64,000 bases of DNA. Origin: Spirochaetia bacterium (lineage in GTDB: Bacteria; Spirochaetota; Spirochaetia; CADAEX01). The notes below the pieces were generated by a model. It searched no databases. It was not told the origin of the DNA and was given only the letters and a program-made list of their open reading frames with translations. Shown piece by piece: positions 49,736 to 59,552 of the stretch. Position numbers and translations under genes: made by a program. The stretch covers positions 24,598 to 88,597 of the forward strand of contig CAXXHA010000039.1 in NCBI GenBank assembly GCA_963662265.2, written 5' to 3'. Positions within the stretch are counted from its first letter, which is position 1. Every line of letters begins with the position of its first letter.

Positions 49736-51798
49736 AATATTTTTATAAAACAGCAGCATTTTTAATAATAATCTCACTGTTTTCATGCAGTACGCAGCGC
49801 CCTGTCTCTGAATCAGGCTCTCCTGAAACAGCTGTAAAAGGCAGTGATGAAGTATCTTCTGAATATAATCCTGACGATAAACAGGCCGATGAATCGACTG
49901 ATATTGCTGATGCAGATCATGCAGCAGATACCGGTGAATCATCAGGTAAGAGAGATGATGGTTTTCCGGATGAATCCGGCAGCAGTTTGTCTGGAAAAGG
50001 GATCAGCACTGAATATGCTGAAAAAGGTTCTGCTGCCGGTGAAAATGAAGTTGATTCTGTTTTATCGGTGAAAAGCAATTCCGGCAAGATACAGTCAGAA
50101 AGCTTTCCGGATAATGAAGCAGATCCTGTTGACCAGGTTGCAGCCCCCGGTTCTGTTAATAATGCGGAAGAGGAATCTTATAATGATGTTTCTGCAGCAT
50201 TATCTGATGTTGCCGGTGAAGAAAATTCTGTTGAATCAGATACTACTCCAGGAACTGATGCAGGTATAGCTGAAGCTGAAGATGGCAGCCTTCCTGTCAG
50301 GGAAGGGGTCCAGAGGTCTTCAGGCTCCGGATGGGCAAGGAAAATATCATCCCCGGCTCCTTTTTCAGATGATTATGCTTCAGATGAAGAGGTTGTTGGG
50401 CCTGGAAAACTGAATGATCAGGCTGAAGATAATGAAGTTCTTTCAGGAGGGGAGCTGAACAGTAAGGATGCAGAAGTTCTGCCTGGTGACAGAATAGTTT
50501 CTGATACTTCAGGTAAGAAACCTTCCGGACCTGAAAATACAGGGCAGGGTATTGTTCATGATAAGGGATCGGCAGATTCCGATCCGGTATTGTCTTCTCC
50601 GGTGTCTTCAGAAGAAGGTGATAGCGGGGAGTACTTGTCTGCAGCAGAAGATGTTTCAGTGCCTGAAACCGCAATTCCTGCTGCAGGATCTTTCCCTGAT
50701 GATTCTTCTGCCGATGGAAGCAGTGACAGCATCTCTTCTGAGGAAAAGGATCTTGAGATCAACGCTGGACCAGTTGCTGATCCAAATGTAAATAAAGGTG
50801 TCGGTACCGGTTTTGATTCTGAAGAAGCAAAAAAAGACTACGAGACAAAAGCTTCTGGTTTTATCGAAGCTCTGAAAAGTGAAGATAAACCGGATTTGCC
50901 TGCAGACAGCAGGAAGCTTTCCTATAAAGCTGCTCCTTCTCATTCAAAAGACCCGGGATTTGCCGGAAACAGCAGTGAATCTGCAGGAAAAACTGTTTTT
51001 TCCTCATCAGGCATGGGGATTAGTAATAATTCTGATGCAAAACAGGGGAAGGCTTCAGAAAAAGATGATGATAAGAGAGAGACAGTTTTTTATGAGGACC
51101 CTTCCCATGTCACAGTAGTTCTTGCAGGGGCAGGGTGGATATACCTGGGGAGCGGAGAAGCCGGAGAGGTTGAGCTCCTGTCAAGAAATATGAATGATGG
51201 AAAGACTGTTTTCAGTTTCCGTGCGGGAAGCGGTAAAATATTTATCCTTAATTTCCAGCTCCAGAGCAGTGATGGCATATTTATCAGCAGAGAAGTTCTT
51301 CTGAAGGAGAAAGATGCTCAGGGTTTTCCCGGAAACATGAATAATGCTTCAGGAAAAGCTGCTGGATCAGAGGTTTCAGGAGAATTGCCCGGTTCAGCAG
51401 GTGTTTCTGAAAAGCCTGCAGATAAGAAAGATAATTCTTCTGTTTCCGGTAAAAACGAAGATGAATCAGGCAGTTTGACAGGTGAGGCTGTCATGCTTGC
51501 GGAAGAGGATATAAGAAGTCTCTTTGACGAGGCTCTTGAGCTGATGGAAAACGGCGAGTATGGTGAAGCTTCTGAGAAGCTTGAGAAAATAAGGAATGCT
51601 TCTGAGAAATCGGCAGAACTTGACCGGCTTTACTATCTTCTGGGCCAGTGTTATGAGAAAAACAGGGAGAGCCGCGATCCTGTAAAGGCTGAAATGTATT
51701 ACAGTATGGTTACAGAGCAGTTCCCTTTCAGCACATACTATGATGTTTCTGACAGGAGAAGGCGCTACCTTCTGAAGTATTTCATCAATATACAGTAG
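49732..51798 (+). CDS. Lipoprotein with long S/D/E-rich disordered region and C-terminal TPR
   Basis: Lipobox LFSC; G.GWIYLG domain; YYLLGQCYE..A..YY..V...FPFS. Confidence 0.7.
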   Translation: MKYFYKTAAFLIIISLFSCSTQRPVSESGSPETAVKGSDEVSSEYNPDDKQADESTDIADADHAADTGESSGKRDDGFPDESGSSLSGKGISTEYAEKGSAAGENEVDSVLSVKSNSGKIQSESFPDNEADPVDQVAAPGSVNNAEEESYNDVSAALSDVAGEENSVESDTTPGTDAGIAEAEDGSLPVREGVQRSSGSGWARKISSPAPFSDDYASDEEVVGPGKLNDQAEDNEVLSGGELNSKDAEVLPGDRIVSDTSGKKPSGPENTGQGIVHDKGSADSDPVLSSPVSSEEGDSGEYLSAAEDVSVPETAIPAAGSFPDDSSADGSSDSISSEEKDLEINAGPVADPNVNKGVGTGFDSEEAKKDYETKASGFIEALKSEDKPDLPADSRKLSYKAAPSHSKDPGFAGNSSESAGKTVFSSSGMGISNNSDAKQGKASEKDDDKRETVFYEDPSHVTVVLAGAGWIYLGSGEAGEVELLSRNMNDGKTVFSFRAGSGKIFILNFQLQSSDGIFISREVLLKEKDAQGFPGNMNNASGKAAGSEVSGELPGSAGVSEKPADKKDNSSVSGKNEDESGSLTGEAVMLAEEDIRSLFDEALELMENGEYGEASEKLEKIRNASEKSAELDRLYYLLGQCYEKNRESRDPVKAEMYYSMVTEQFPFSTYYDVSDRRRRYLLKYFINIQ

Positions 51799-51933
51799 TC
51801 AGCAGTTTTTTTTTGACAGAAGCTTGAAAATATGTCCTCTAATACAAGTTATTAAATATGCTGTTTATTCAAGGATATTCAGCACATTATTCGGTTTTGA
51901 TCAGTATCAATTACAATGGAACCAGGAATATAT

Positions 51934-52802
51934 ATGAAAAGAGATTCAAAAATAATACCTTCTCTGATGCTTTTAACCGGCGCAGCTGTCGGGGCTTTAA
52001 GCGGACTCTTTATCAAAAAGCTCCCGTTTTCTACTGCGCCTCTTCTTGGTTTCAGGCTTGGATTTCCGTTTCTGATTATGCTGCCCTATGTTCTGAAGAA
52101 AAAAAATGTTTTCGGAAACAGGAAGGACAGGCTGCTTCTCTGGAGCGGCGGTCTTCTCAATCTGTTGAGAATGATTTTTTTATATAATTGCTTTCAAGCT
52201 TACTGCAATGGGTAATGCTGTTGTTCTTCTTTACCTGTGGCCTGTGTTTGCTCTTTTTGTCACAGCTTTCAGAAGCAGGAAAATGCCCGGAATTAAAAAT
52301 ATTCTCATTATTTCGGCTGCATTTGCCGGAGTTGTTGTCATGAATATTCACAGGGAATTTTCGATGAGCAATTCAGACCTGTTCGGAAGCCTTTCAATGA
52401 TTCTGTCAGCATTTATTTTTTCAATAGCTGTATTTATCTACAAGAAGGCTCTTTCCGGCTACTCGGAAGGGGAGGTTATATATTTTCAGAACAGTCTCGG
52501 AGCGCTGGTTTTTCTCCCTTTTCTCATAAAGGATATCTGTGCGTACCAGGTCAGCGATATTTTATACGGCTCCCTTTATGGGTTTCTGGTTGGAATTGTA
52601 ACATTTATGCTGTTTTTCTATGCACTCAAGAGGGTATCAGTTTTCCATTACAGTATTCTGACATATTCTGAAAATAATTTTTGCTGTAATTTTCGGTATA
52701 ATCTACTTCGGGGAGACTCTTGTTCCCAATCAGGTAGCAGGAATGGTAATTGTTGTTGCTGCAAGCTTTACTGCGCAGCGGATCAGGGATGATAACAGTT
52801 GA
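51934..52802 (+). pseudogene. DMT/EamA transporter with two 1-nt frameshifts
   Basis: EamA repeats (GNAVVLLYLWP; Y.EIIFAV.FG..YFGE); extra T in 52175-52181 and extra A in 52671-52674. Confidence 0.8.
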
Positions 52803-52827
52803 CATTCCCTCTATTAAAAGGTATAAA
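52799..52827 (+). promoter_or_regulatory. Sigma70 promoter for the ffh operon
   Basis: TTGACA-17 bp-TATAAA. Confidence 0.7.
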
Positions 52828-52861
52828 ATCTATAAAATTTAAAGGTGCGTGATAATACAGT

Positions 52862-54190
52862 ATGCTGGACGGAATATCGAATAAATTTTCAGATATAGTT
52901 AAAAGAATCTCGGGTAAGGGAAATATTACCGAAAAAAATGTACAGGAAGCAGTTGAAGAGATCAAGGTTGCTCTTCTTGATGCTGATGTCAACCTCAGGG
53001 TAGTAAGGCGTTTTATAAATTCCACGCTTGAAGAGGCTGTCGGTGATAAGGTTCTCAAGTCTGTAGATCCGGGTCAGCAGTTTATCAAGACTGTCTATGA
53101 CAAGATGGTTAAATTCCTTGGCGACGAGAAGCAGGATCTTGATCTTAAAGGACCTGATACTGTATCTGTCATTCTCATGCTGGGACTCCAGGGGTCAGGT
53201 AAGACAACAACAAGTGCAAAGCTGGCATATAAGCTTAAGAAAGAGGGGCGTAAAGTTCTTCTTGTTGCGGCAGACCTGGTAAGACCGGCAGCGGTTGAGC
53301 AGCTTTCTGTTCTTGGGGATCAGATTGGTGTTGAAGTTTACAAGGAAGATACAAAGAAACCTGTCAAGGTTGTAAAGCACGCGCTTGCCTATGCTAAGAA
53401 GAACCAGTTTACAACAGTAATTGTCGATACTTCAGGCCGGCTCCATATTGATGAAGGGATGATGGCTGAGCTTGCTGATATCAAGAAGATCTCATCTCCT
53501 GATGAGTCGCTTCTTGTTGCGGATTCCATGACAGGTCAGCATGCTGTTGAAATAGCAAAGGAATTTAACGAGAAAATCGGTGTAACCGGCGTTATCCTGA
53601 GTAAGTTTGACTCGGATACAAGGGGCGGGGCTGCTCTTTCGCTGAAGACTGTCACAGGCCAGCCTGTTAAATTTATAGGTACAGGCGAGAAAATAGAAGA
53701 TCTTGATATTTTCTATCCAGACAGGATTGCATCCCGTATTCTCGGCATGGGTGACATAGTTTCGCTTGTTGAAAAAGCTCAAGCCACTATTGAAGTTGAA
53801 GAGGCTGAAAAGCTTCAGGAAAAAATAACAAAAGCCACATTTACTCTTGAGGATTATCTTGATCAGTTTTCAAGAATCAGGAAAATGGGGTCTCTCCAGT
53901 CTGTCATCGACATGATTCCCGGTATGAAGGGAAATATAAGTGAAGATGATATTGATGAGAAGGAGATGAAAAGGGAAGAGGCGATTATTCTCTCCATGAC
54001 AGTAATGGAAAGGAGAAATCACAGGGTACTCGGACCTTCCAGAAGAAAGCGAATTGCCAGGGGCAGCGGAACCTCTGTTGCAGATATAAACAGATTTTTA
54101 AAGAAATTTGAAAAGACGAGACTGATGATGAAAAAAGTAGCAAAAAATAAAAAATATCAAGCTAATTTGTTGTCTCAGTTCGGGAATTAG
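52862..54190 (+). CDS. ffh: Signal recognition particle protein
   Basis: GLQGSGKTT, DTSGR, GTGEK, RILGMGD, RIARGSG. Confidence 0.98.
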   Translation: MLDGISNKFSDIVKRISGKGNITEKNVQEAVEEIKVALLDADVNLRVVRRFINSTLEEAVGDKVLKSVDPGQQFIKTVYDKMVKFLGDEKQDLDLKGPDTVSVILMLGLQGSGKTTTSAKLAYKLKKEGRKVLLVAADLVRPAAVEQLSVLGDQIGVEVYKEDTKKPVKVVKHALAYAKKNQFTTVIVDTSGRLHIDEGMMAELADIKKISSPDESLLVADSMTGQHAVEIAKEFNEKIGVTGVILSKFDSDTRGGAALSLKTVTGQPVKFIGTGEKIEDLDIFYPDRIASRILGMGDIVSLVEKAQATIEVEEAEKLQEKITKATFTLEDYLDQFSRIRKMGSLQSVIDMIPGMKGNISEDDIDEKEMKREEAIILSMTVMERRNHRVLGPSRRKRIARGSGTSVADINRFLKKFEKTRLMMKKVAKNKKYQANLLSQFGN

Positions 54191-54227
54191 TGTATTACTA
54201 TAGAATCACCATAAGGAGGAAGTTCGA

Positions 54228-54479
54228 GTGAGTGTTAAAATCAGACTGAAACGGTTAGGTACAAAAAAAAGACCATATTACAGAGTAGTTGTAATGGATT
54301 CACGTTCTCCAAGAGACGGAAGAACAATTGACGAGGTAGGACTCTATCATCCTATTGAAGCGGAAGAAGTACAGGTAAGACTTAAAGAAGACAAGATTAA
54401 GGAATGGCTTTCAAAAGGTGCACAGCCTACAGATACTGTAAAAAAACTCTTGAACAAGAATAATATTTTTGTGAAGTAA
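54228..54479 (+). CDS. rpsP: 30S ribosomal protein S16
   Basis: [36 protein letters not shown]. Confidence 0.98.
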   Translation: MSVKIRLKRLGTKKRPYYRVVVMDSRSPRDGRTIDEVGLYHPIEAEEVQVRLKEDKIKEWLSKGAQPTDTVKKLLNKNNIFVK

Positions 54480-54494
54480 TCCAGGAGTAAAGCT

Positions 54495-54734
54495 ATGACA
54501 TTGGAAAAAGATCTTGTTGAATATATTGCCAGATCTCTTGTTGATGAGCCTCAGGATGTTAATGTAAATCTCATCGAAGGGGAAAAATCAACTATACTTG
54601 AATTAAAAGTTGCAGCTGACGATATCGGAAAGGTTATCGGAAAGCACGGCAGAATTGCCAAGGCTATCAGGACTGTTTTAAGCGCTGCTGCTACAAAGAG
54701 CGGTAAAAGGGTAGTTCTGGAAATTCTTGATTGA
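54495..54734 (+). CDS. khpA: KH-domain RNA-binding protein
   Basis: DIGKVIGKHGRIAKAIRT; position after rpsP. Confidence 0.95.
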   Translation: MTLEKDLVEYIARSLVDEPQDVNVNLIEGEKSTILELKVAADDIGKVIGKHGRIAKAIRTVLSAAATKSGKRVVLEILD

Positions 54735-55268
54735 TGGACGGGACAGGTAAAGATTTTCTTGTAACGGGAAAAATCAGAACTTCATACGGCGTCAAAGGCT
54801 ATATGAAGGTATTAAGTTATTCTGGAGATAAAGATCATTTTTCCGGACTGGATACTGTAACTCTCAGGTGTAATGAAAGAGAGTACAGGAAAAAAATCGA
54901 GAATGTCCGCAGTGCAAACAAGGATATTCTGATTAAATTTGAGGGAATAGATACTCCTGAAGAGGCGCAGAAGTATAGAAACTGTGAAATTCTTATTCCC
55001 AGGGAAAATGCATCGAAATGCAGAGAAGGGGAGTTTTTTTATAGCAGATCTTAACGGCTGCAGTGTTGTTAAGGATGGAAAAAATTACGGAACTGTAATT
55101 TCTGTTATTACAAACAGCTCTTCAGACCTGCTTGAGGTTGAATCTCCTGAATTGACTGAAAAAGGAAAGAAGAAAGTTTTTCTTGTACCTTTCAGGAAAG
55201 AATTTGTGGGGAAAGTTGATATTGCTTCAGGGGAGATTGAACTCCTTGAGGAATGGGTTGCGGAATGA
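54734..55268 (+). CDS. rimM: Ribosome maturation factor RimM, frameshifted at T7 55034-55040
   Basis: GKI...YGVKG, KFEGIDTPEEA; removing one T gives EGEFFIADL.GC..LVPF..EFV..VD. Confidence 0.92.
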
Positions 55269-55930
55269 AAATCACAATCCTTACCCTTTTCCCGGAAATT
55301 ATTGAAAGTTATTTTAAGAATTCAATTATGGCCAGGGCAATAGAAAAAGGCCTGATTGAATATAATGTTGTAAATATCAGGGATTTTGCCCTTGATAAAC
55401 ATAAAAACTGCGATGATTATCCGTATGGAGGCGGCGCGGGAATGGTTTTAAAGCCTGAACCGCTTGCTCTGGCGCTCGACAGTGTAGGTGCGGCAGGAAA
55501 AAGGACTGTTTATCCTTCTCCGTCCGGTAAACTTCTGAAGCAGGAATATGCATCAGATCTCTCGAAAGAGAAAGAGCTGGTATTTATCTGCGGTCGGTAT
55601 GAAGGTATTGATCAGCGGGTAATTGACAGCTATGTAGATGATGAAATATGTATTGGGGACTATATCCTCTCTTCCGGCGAAGTTGCTGCTTTGACTGTAA
55701 TTGACTGTGTTTACAGACTGCTGGATGGAGTGATCAGCAGCGATTCTCTTGAAGAGGAAAGCTTTGCTAACGGACTTCTAGAGTATCCCCAGTATACAAG
55801 ACCGGAAGAATTCAGAGGAATGAAAGTTCCTGATGTTCTTCTTTCAGGGCACCATGAAAATATCAGAAAATGGCGCCGGGAAAAGAGTCTTGAGAAGACT
55901 GAAAATTACAGACCCGATCTTTTGACATGA
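55265..55930 (+). CDS. trmD: tRNA (guanine-N1)-methyltransferase
   Basis: LTLFPE, DDYPYGGGAGMV, CGRYEGIDQR, GDYILSSGE, LEYPQYTRP. Confidence 0.98.
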   Translation: MKITILTLFPEIIESYFKNSIMARAIEKGLIEYNVVNIRDFALDKHKNCDDYPYGGGAGMVLKPEPLALALDSVGAAGKRTVYPSPSGKLLKQEYASDLSKEKELVFICGRYEGIDQRVIDSYVDDEICIGDYILSSGEVAALTVIDCVYRLLDGVISSDSLEEESFANGLLEYPQYTRPEEFRGMKVPDVLLSGHHENIRKWRREKSLEKTENYRPDLLT

Positions 55931-55936
55931 TAGTGA

Positions 55937-55994
55937 CGGAACTTTCCAAAGGAAAGTGTCCGGAGCGACAGAGACTTCCCGGAGGGAAGTGCTC
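55937..55994 (+). promoter_or_regulatory. Twin hairpin element upstream of rplS
   Basis: GGA-ACTTTCC-AAA-GGAAAGT-G-TCC and GAG-ACTTCCC-GGA-GGGAAGT-G-CTC; same architecture with compensatory changes. Confidence 0.6.
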
Positions 55995-56043
55995 GATAGC
56001 GAATAAAGTGACGGTAGTGAAAAACGTGAAGGAGGATAGATAG

Positions 56044-56397
56044 ATGGATTTGATCAAAGCTATTGAAGCAGAGCAGATGAAAGATGATGTAGAGACATTT
56101 GCTATTGGTGATACTGTAAAAGTTCACTTTAGAATTATAGAGGGAGCAACTGAAAGAGTTCAGATTTTTGAAGGACTCTGTATTGCAAAAAACAATACTG
56201 GCGTAAGCAAGACTTTTACAATCAGAAAGCTTTCTTACGGTGTAGGTGTTGAAAGAGTTTTTCCTTTCCATTCACCAAGAATCCAGAAGGTTGAACTCGT
56301 AAGACGGGGTAAAATCAGAAGAGCAAAACTCTATTATATCAGAGGCAGAGTAGGTAAAGCTGCAAAAGTTAAAGAGTTAATCAAGAAAAAACACTAA
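56044..56397 (+). CDS. rplS: 50S ribosomal protein L19
   Basis: [34 protein letters not shown]. Confidence 0.98.
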   Translation: MDLIKAIEAEQMKDDVETFAIGDTVKVHFRIIEGATERVQIFEGLCIAKNNTGVSKTFTIRKLSYGVGVERVFPFHSPRIQKVELVRRGKIRRAKLYYIRGRVGKAAKVKELIKKKH

Positions 56398-56402
56398 TAT
56401 TT

Positions 56403-57326
56403 ATGCTTGAAATCAACCTTTCGAAAATTGCAGAAAGCAGCAGAAAGGGGTTGTTCAGCTATGTAAAGGTTCTTGAGAAACTGGATAACAGTTTCTGGAA
56501 AGTCAGAACACCGTATGGTGTTGCCAGGGTATTTTCTGAAAATGATCTTATCCCCGGGACGCCTGTAAGGGCTTTGATAAGGCTTGAAGGAACCCTTTTA
56601 AAACTCGAAATAATGAATCAGGAGAACTCTAAAGTTTCTCCTGATTTTTTTTATTCTGATAATCTGAAAATGGCAGATATGCTGCTTAAAATTGCCTCAC
56701 GTCTGAAGATTAACATATCTGAAAGTGAAATCGCTCTTCTGAAAAAGATATTAAACCGAAAAAAAGGGGTTAAAAGTCTTGCTCCTCTGCTTCTCAGCGC
56801 GCTTGACAAGGGGATAAAGTCTGAAGAGCAGCTTCTTGCGCTATGCGGGGATAGAGGCGGCGGATCCGGCAGGCAGAAGGACGGCAAAAAAAAAGGTGAG
56901 GATTTAAAAAAACATATAAAAAAAACCGTCTCAGAAGCTGAAAAGGGGGAATCGCCCCTGTTTTTGTATAATCATATCAGAAAAAATACCGAACACTGGG
57001 CAGTGTTTCCTTTTAATATTTCAGCAGATCAGTCTGTGACCGGAGCTGTCAGGATAAGAATATCAGGAAGCAGGGTAATGAATATTGCTGTTGATGTCTT
57101 GAAAGGGGAGTCTGAGGAGTGGGCTTTCTATATAACACCTGAAAATGACGGATATAAAATGAAAATATACTCAAGCAGCTCCCGGAAATTGAACAGCAGT
57201 GAATCTTTTATGAAATTTAGTAAAAAACTTCAAAACCTGAGAGTGAAAATTGACGATAATGTAAGGGATATCGCTTTTTATAACGGTTTTGATGATAACT
57301 CATTTGATCTGGATGTTACAGTATGA
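56403..57326 (+). CDS. Hypothetical protein (possibly FliK/YlqG-like)
   Basis: Long ORF with ATGA overlap to the FlhB-C-like gene; family inferred from position only. Confidence 0.6.
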   Translation: MLEINLSKIAESSRKGLFSYVKVLEKLDNSFWKVRTPYGVARVFSENDLIPGTPVRALIRLEGTLLKLEIMNQENSKVSPDFFYSDNLKMADMLLKIASRLKINISESEIALLKKILNRKKGVKSLAPLLLSALDKGIKSEEQLLALCGDRGGGSGRQKDGKKKGEDLKKHIKKTVSEAEKGESPLFLYNHIRKNTEHWAVFPFNISADQSVTGAVRIRISGSRVMNIAVDVLKGESEEWAFYITPENDGYKMKIYSSSSRKLNSSESFMKFSKKLQNLRVKIDDNVRDIAFYNGFDDNSFDLDVTV

Positions 57327-57571
57327 AGAAAATTAAACAGAAAGCTGTAGCTCTCAGTTATAAAAAAGGGTATCCTGCTCCTCAGATTGTAGCAAAAGGG
57401 GAAGGGATAACAGCAGAAAAGATACTTGCGGCAGCTGAGAAAGAGGGTGTGGCTGTTGTTGAAAACAGTGAGTTGGCTGATGTTCTTTTTACTGCTGATA
57501 TATATTCGCTGATTCCTGAAGAGCAGTATGAGATAGTTGCGGAAATATTGAGTTTTGTAATTAAAATATAG
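57323..57571 (+). CDS. FlhB C-terminal-like protein (YlqH/FlhX type)
   Basis: KAVALSY....APQIVAKG.G..AEKI...A....V, IPEE.YE.VAEIL.FV. Confidence 0.9.
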   Translation: MKKIKQKAVALSYKKGYPAPQIVAKGEGITAEKILAAAEKEGVAVVENSELADVLFTADIYSLIPEEQYEIVAEILSFVIKI

Positions 57572-57590
57572 GTGTTTAACTGAGAGTAAT

Positions 57591-58724
57591 ATGAGGAATA
57601 TACAGGTAGCAGATTTAGTAGAGGGTGTAAAGTTTACAGAGGATGTATATCTCGATAAGAGTAATATGCTTGTCCCTGCAAATGTTTCACTGAAGAAAAA
57701 GGAAATTGAACGTCTCTCAAAATGGGGAATAGATGAGGTTTTTACCGAAGGTGAAATGCTTCTTCCTGCAGAAAAAGTTGACAGGTCGGAAAGCGGAATT
57801 TCAAGGGATTCCAGAATTTTTAGCGAATATGTCAACCTTGTAGATCATTTCTCCATATTTATCAGGGATGCGCTCAACGGCGGAAAACCTGATCTTAAAA
57901 TTGTAAAAACAGTATCTGATACTATTATCAATATTTTCACATCTTCGGAAAGCAACCGTGATATTCATGAAATAATCAGTTATATCAGCAAGAGTGATAA
58001 TATAGGTGAAAAAAGAGCTTCCAGCGGTGTAAACTGCGCCATACTTTCAATTCTCCTGGGCATGGAATATAATATGACAGGTACGAGGCTTCAGCATCTT
58101 GTAATAGCATCTCTTCTGCACGATATCGGAATGCTGAAGATACCTGCACCGATTATCGAAAAGAACGGAAAACTTAATCCTGATGAGCTTAAGATTGTGA
58201 GAACTCATCCTGTATTTTCATATCAGCTTATTACAAAAAGCTATGGATTCCCGGAGGCTATAGGGCAGGCTGTTCTTTTTCATCACGAAAGATGGGACGG
58301 CAACGGTTATCCCAAGAAGCTGACCGGTGAGGATATTCCCCTCCTTGCCCGTATAATCGCTGTCACAGACTCTTTTGAAGCCATGAACAGGGTCAAGGCC
58401 TACAGAAGCTCTATGATAGGTTATGCTGCAATGAAGCAGATTTTAAATGAGAATTCAAAAAAATATGATGCGCAGGTTGTTAAGCAGTTTATAAAAGTAC
58501 TGGGCATATATCCTCCTGGCAGTGTGGTTATACTGAATGATAAATCAATCGGAAAAGTTGTGAGAATTAAAAAGAAAGCCCCTTTGAGACCGGTTATTCA
58601 GCTTATGATTGATTCAGAAGGAAATAACTGTTCAGCTGCCGGAAACATGGTGGATTTGATGGAAAATAAAACACTCTTTATTGTTAAGGTAATAGATAAT
58701 AATGAACTTGAAGGAAAGATGTAA
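57591..58724 (+). CDS. HD-GYP c-di-GMP phosphodiesterase
   Basis: LLHDIGM, HHERWDGNGYP, ARIIAV.D.F.AM, GIYPPGS. Confidence 0.92.
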   Translation: MRNIQVADLVEGVKFTEDVYLDKSNMLVPANVSLKKKEIERLSKWGIDEVFTEGEMLLPAEKVDRSESGISRDSRIFSEYVNLVDHFSIFIRDALNGGKPDLKIVKTVSDTIINIFTSSESNRDIHEIISYISKSDNIGEKRASSGVNCAILSILLGMEYNMTGTRLQHLVIASLLHDIGMLKIPAPIIEKNGKLNPDELKIVRTHPVFSYQLITKSYGFPEAIGQAVLFHHERWDGNGYPKKLTGEDIPLLARIIAVTDSFEAMNRVKAYRSSMIGYAAMKQILNENSKKYDAQVVKQFIKVLGIYPPGSVVILNDKSIGKVVRIKKKAPLRPVIQLMIDSEGNNCSAAGNMVDLMENKTLFIVKVIDNNELEGKM

Positions 58725-58803
58725 TTGATATGAATTCTGTTAAATATTTAAATTTTGTTTATTTTGATTGTAATTGCAGATTCTTTGTTTGGGAGATTGA
58801 TTA

Positions 58804-58953
58804 ATGGTCAGAATCGCGAAAAAGTCAGATCCGGTAAAACTTAAGGAATTGAAGGAAAAAATTAACGATGAAGAGTATTTGACTCTGGCAATACAGCGTA
58901 TAGCAATGTTATTATCAAGTGAATTACTGGGAATGAATGAGGAGAATAAATGA
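58804..58953 (+). CDS. Small protein of 49 aa, FlgM C-terminal-like; missing from the ORF track
   Basis: GGGAG RBS; MVRIAKKSDPVKLKELKEKINDEEYLTLAIQRIAMLLSSELLGMNEENK; ATGA overlap with the next gene. Confidence 0.65.
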   Translation: MVRIAKKSDPVKLKELKEKINDEEYLTLAIQRIAMLLSSELLGMNEENK

Positions 58954-59480
58954 AACCTGCAAAAGATAACAGCAGTAGAAATAATAACAGTGAAAAAAGC
59001 GGAAATGATAACAGGAACAGCCAGACGACAGGACAGGCTAAATCCGGCGGGAACAGTAATTTTTCCGGAAAGAAAGACGGGAAACGGGATTTCCGGGGAA
59101 ACAGGAGATGGCGGAAGAACAGGTACAGAGACAGAAATAAGAATGAAGAATCATCTGCTGAAAGCGCAAAGCAGCCCCCCAGGCGTAATAAAATTACATA
59201 TATATGTGAAATATGCGGAAGCGAGATAAAGGATATATCATCTGCAATTGCCTCAGGTAATCAGAACCCTGTTCATTTCGACTGTATGCTTGAAAAGCTT
59301 AAGAAGGAAAACAGGCTGGAGAATTCTGAAAAAATAGTATACCTGGGTTCAGGTAATTTCGGAATAATAAAACAGGAAAAGAACCGTCCCGTGAAAGAAT
59401 TCAAGATTGTAAGAAAGATTGAAGTTGAAAACAGGGATGAAAAACCTGAATGGCGTATTGATCAGCTGAAAGTGAAATAG
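58950..59480 (+). CDS. Hypothetical protein: basic disordered N-terminus and C2HC Zn-binding-like domain
   Basis: CEIC..HFDC, YLGSGNFGI; GAGGAG RBS. Confidence 0.75.
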   Translation: MKPAKDNSSRNNNSEKSGNDNRNSQTTGQAKSGGNSNFSGKKDGKRDFRGNRRWRKNRYRDRNKNEESSAESAKQPPRRNKITYICEICGSEIKDISSAIASGNQNPVHFDCMLEKLKKENRLENSEKIVYLGSGNFGIIKQEKNRPVKEFKIVRKIEVENRDEKPEWRIDQLKVK

Positions 59481-59498
59481 TAATTTTTTAACATATAA

Positions 59499-59534
59499 AA
59501 AAGGGGCTTTGTGCATCTGCATAAAGCCCCTTTT
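59499..59534. terminator. Bidirectional terminator
   Basis: AAAAGGGGCTTT...AAAGCCCCTTTT between convergent genes. Confidence 0.85.
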
Positions 59535-59552
59535 ATTTTTATCGATGAAAAA

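Noticed and set aside
49732-51100. Tandem repeat in the S/D/E-rich lipoprotein region
   Set aside because: Low complexity, but no periodic unit could be identified by eye
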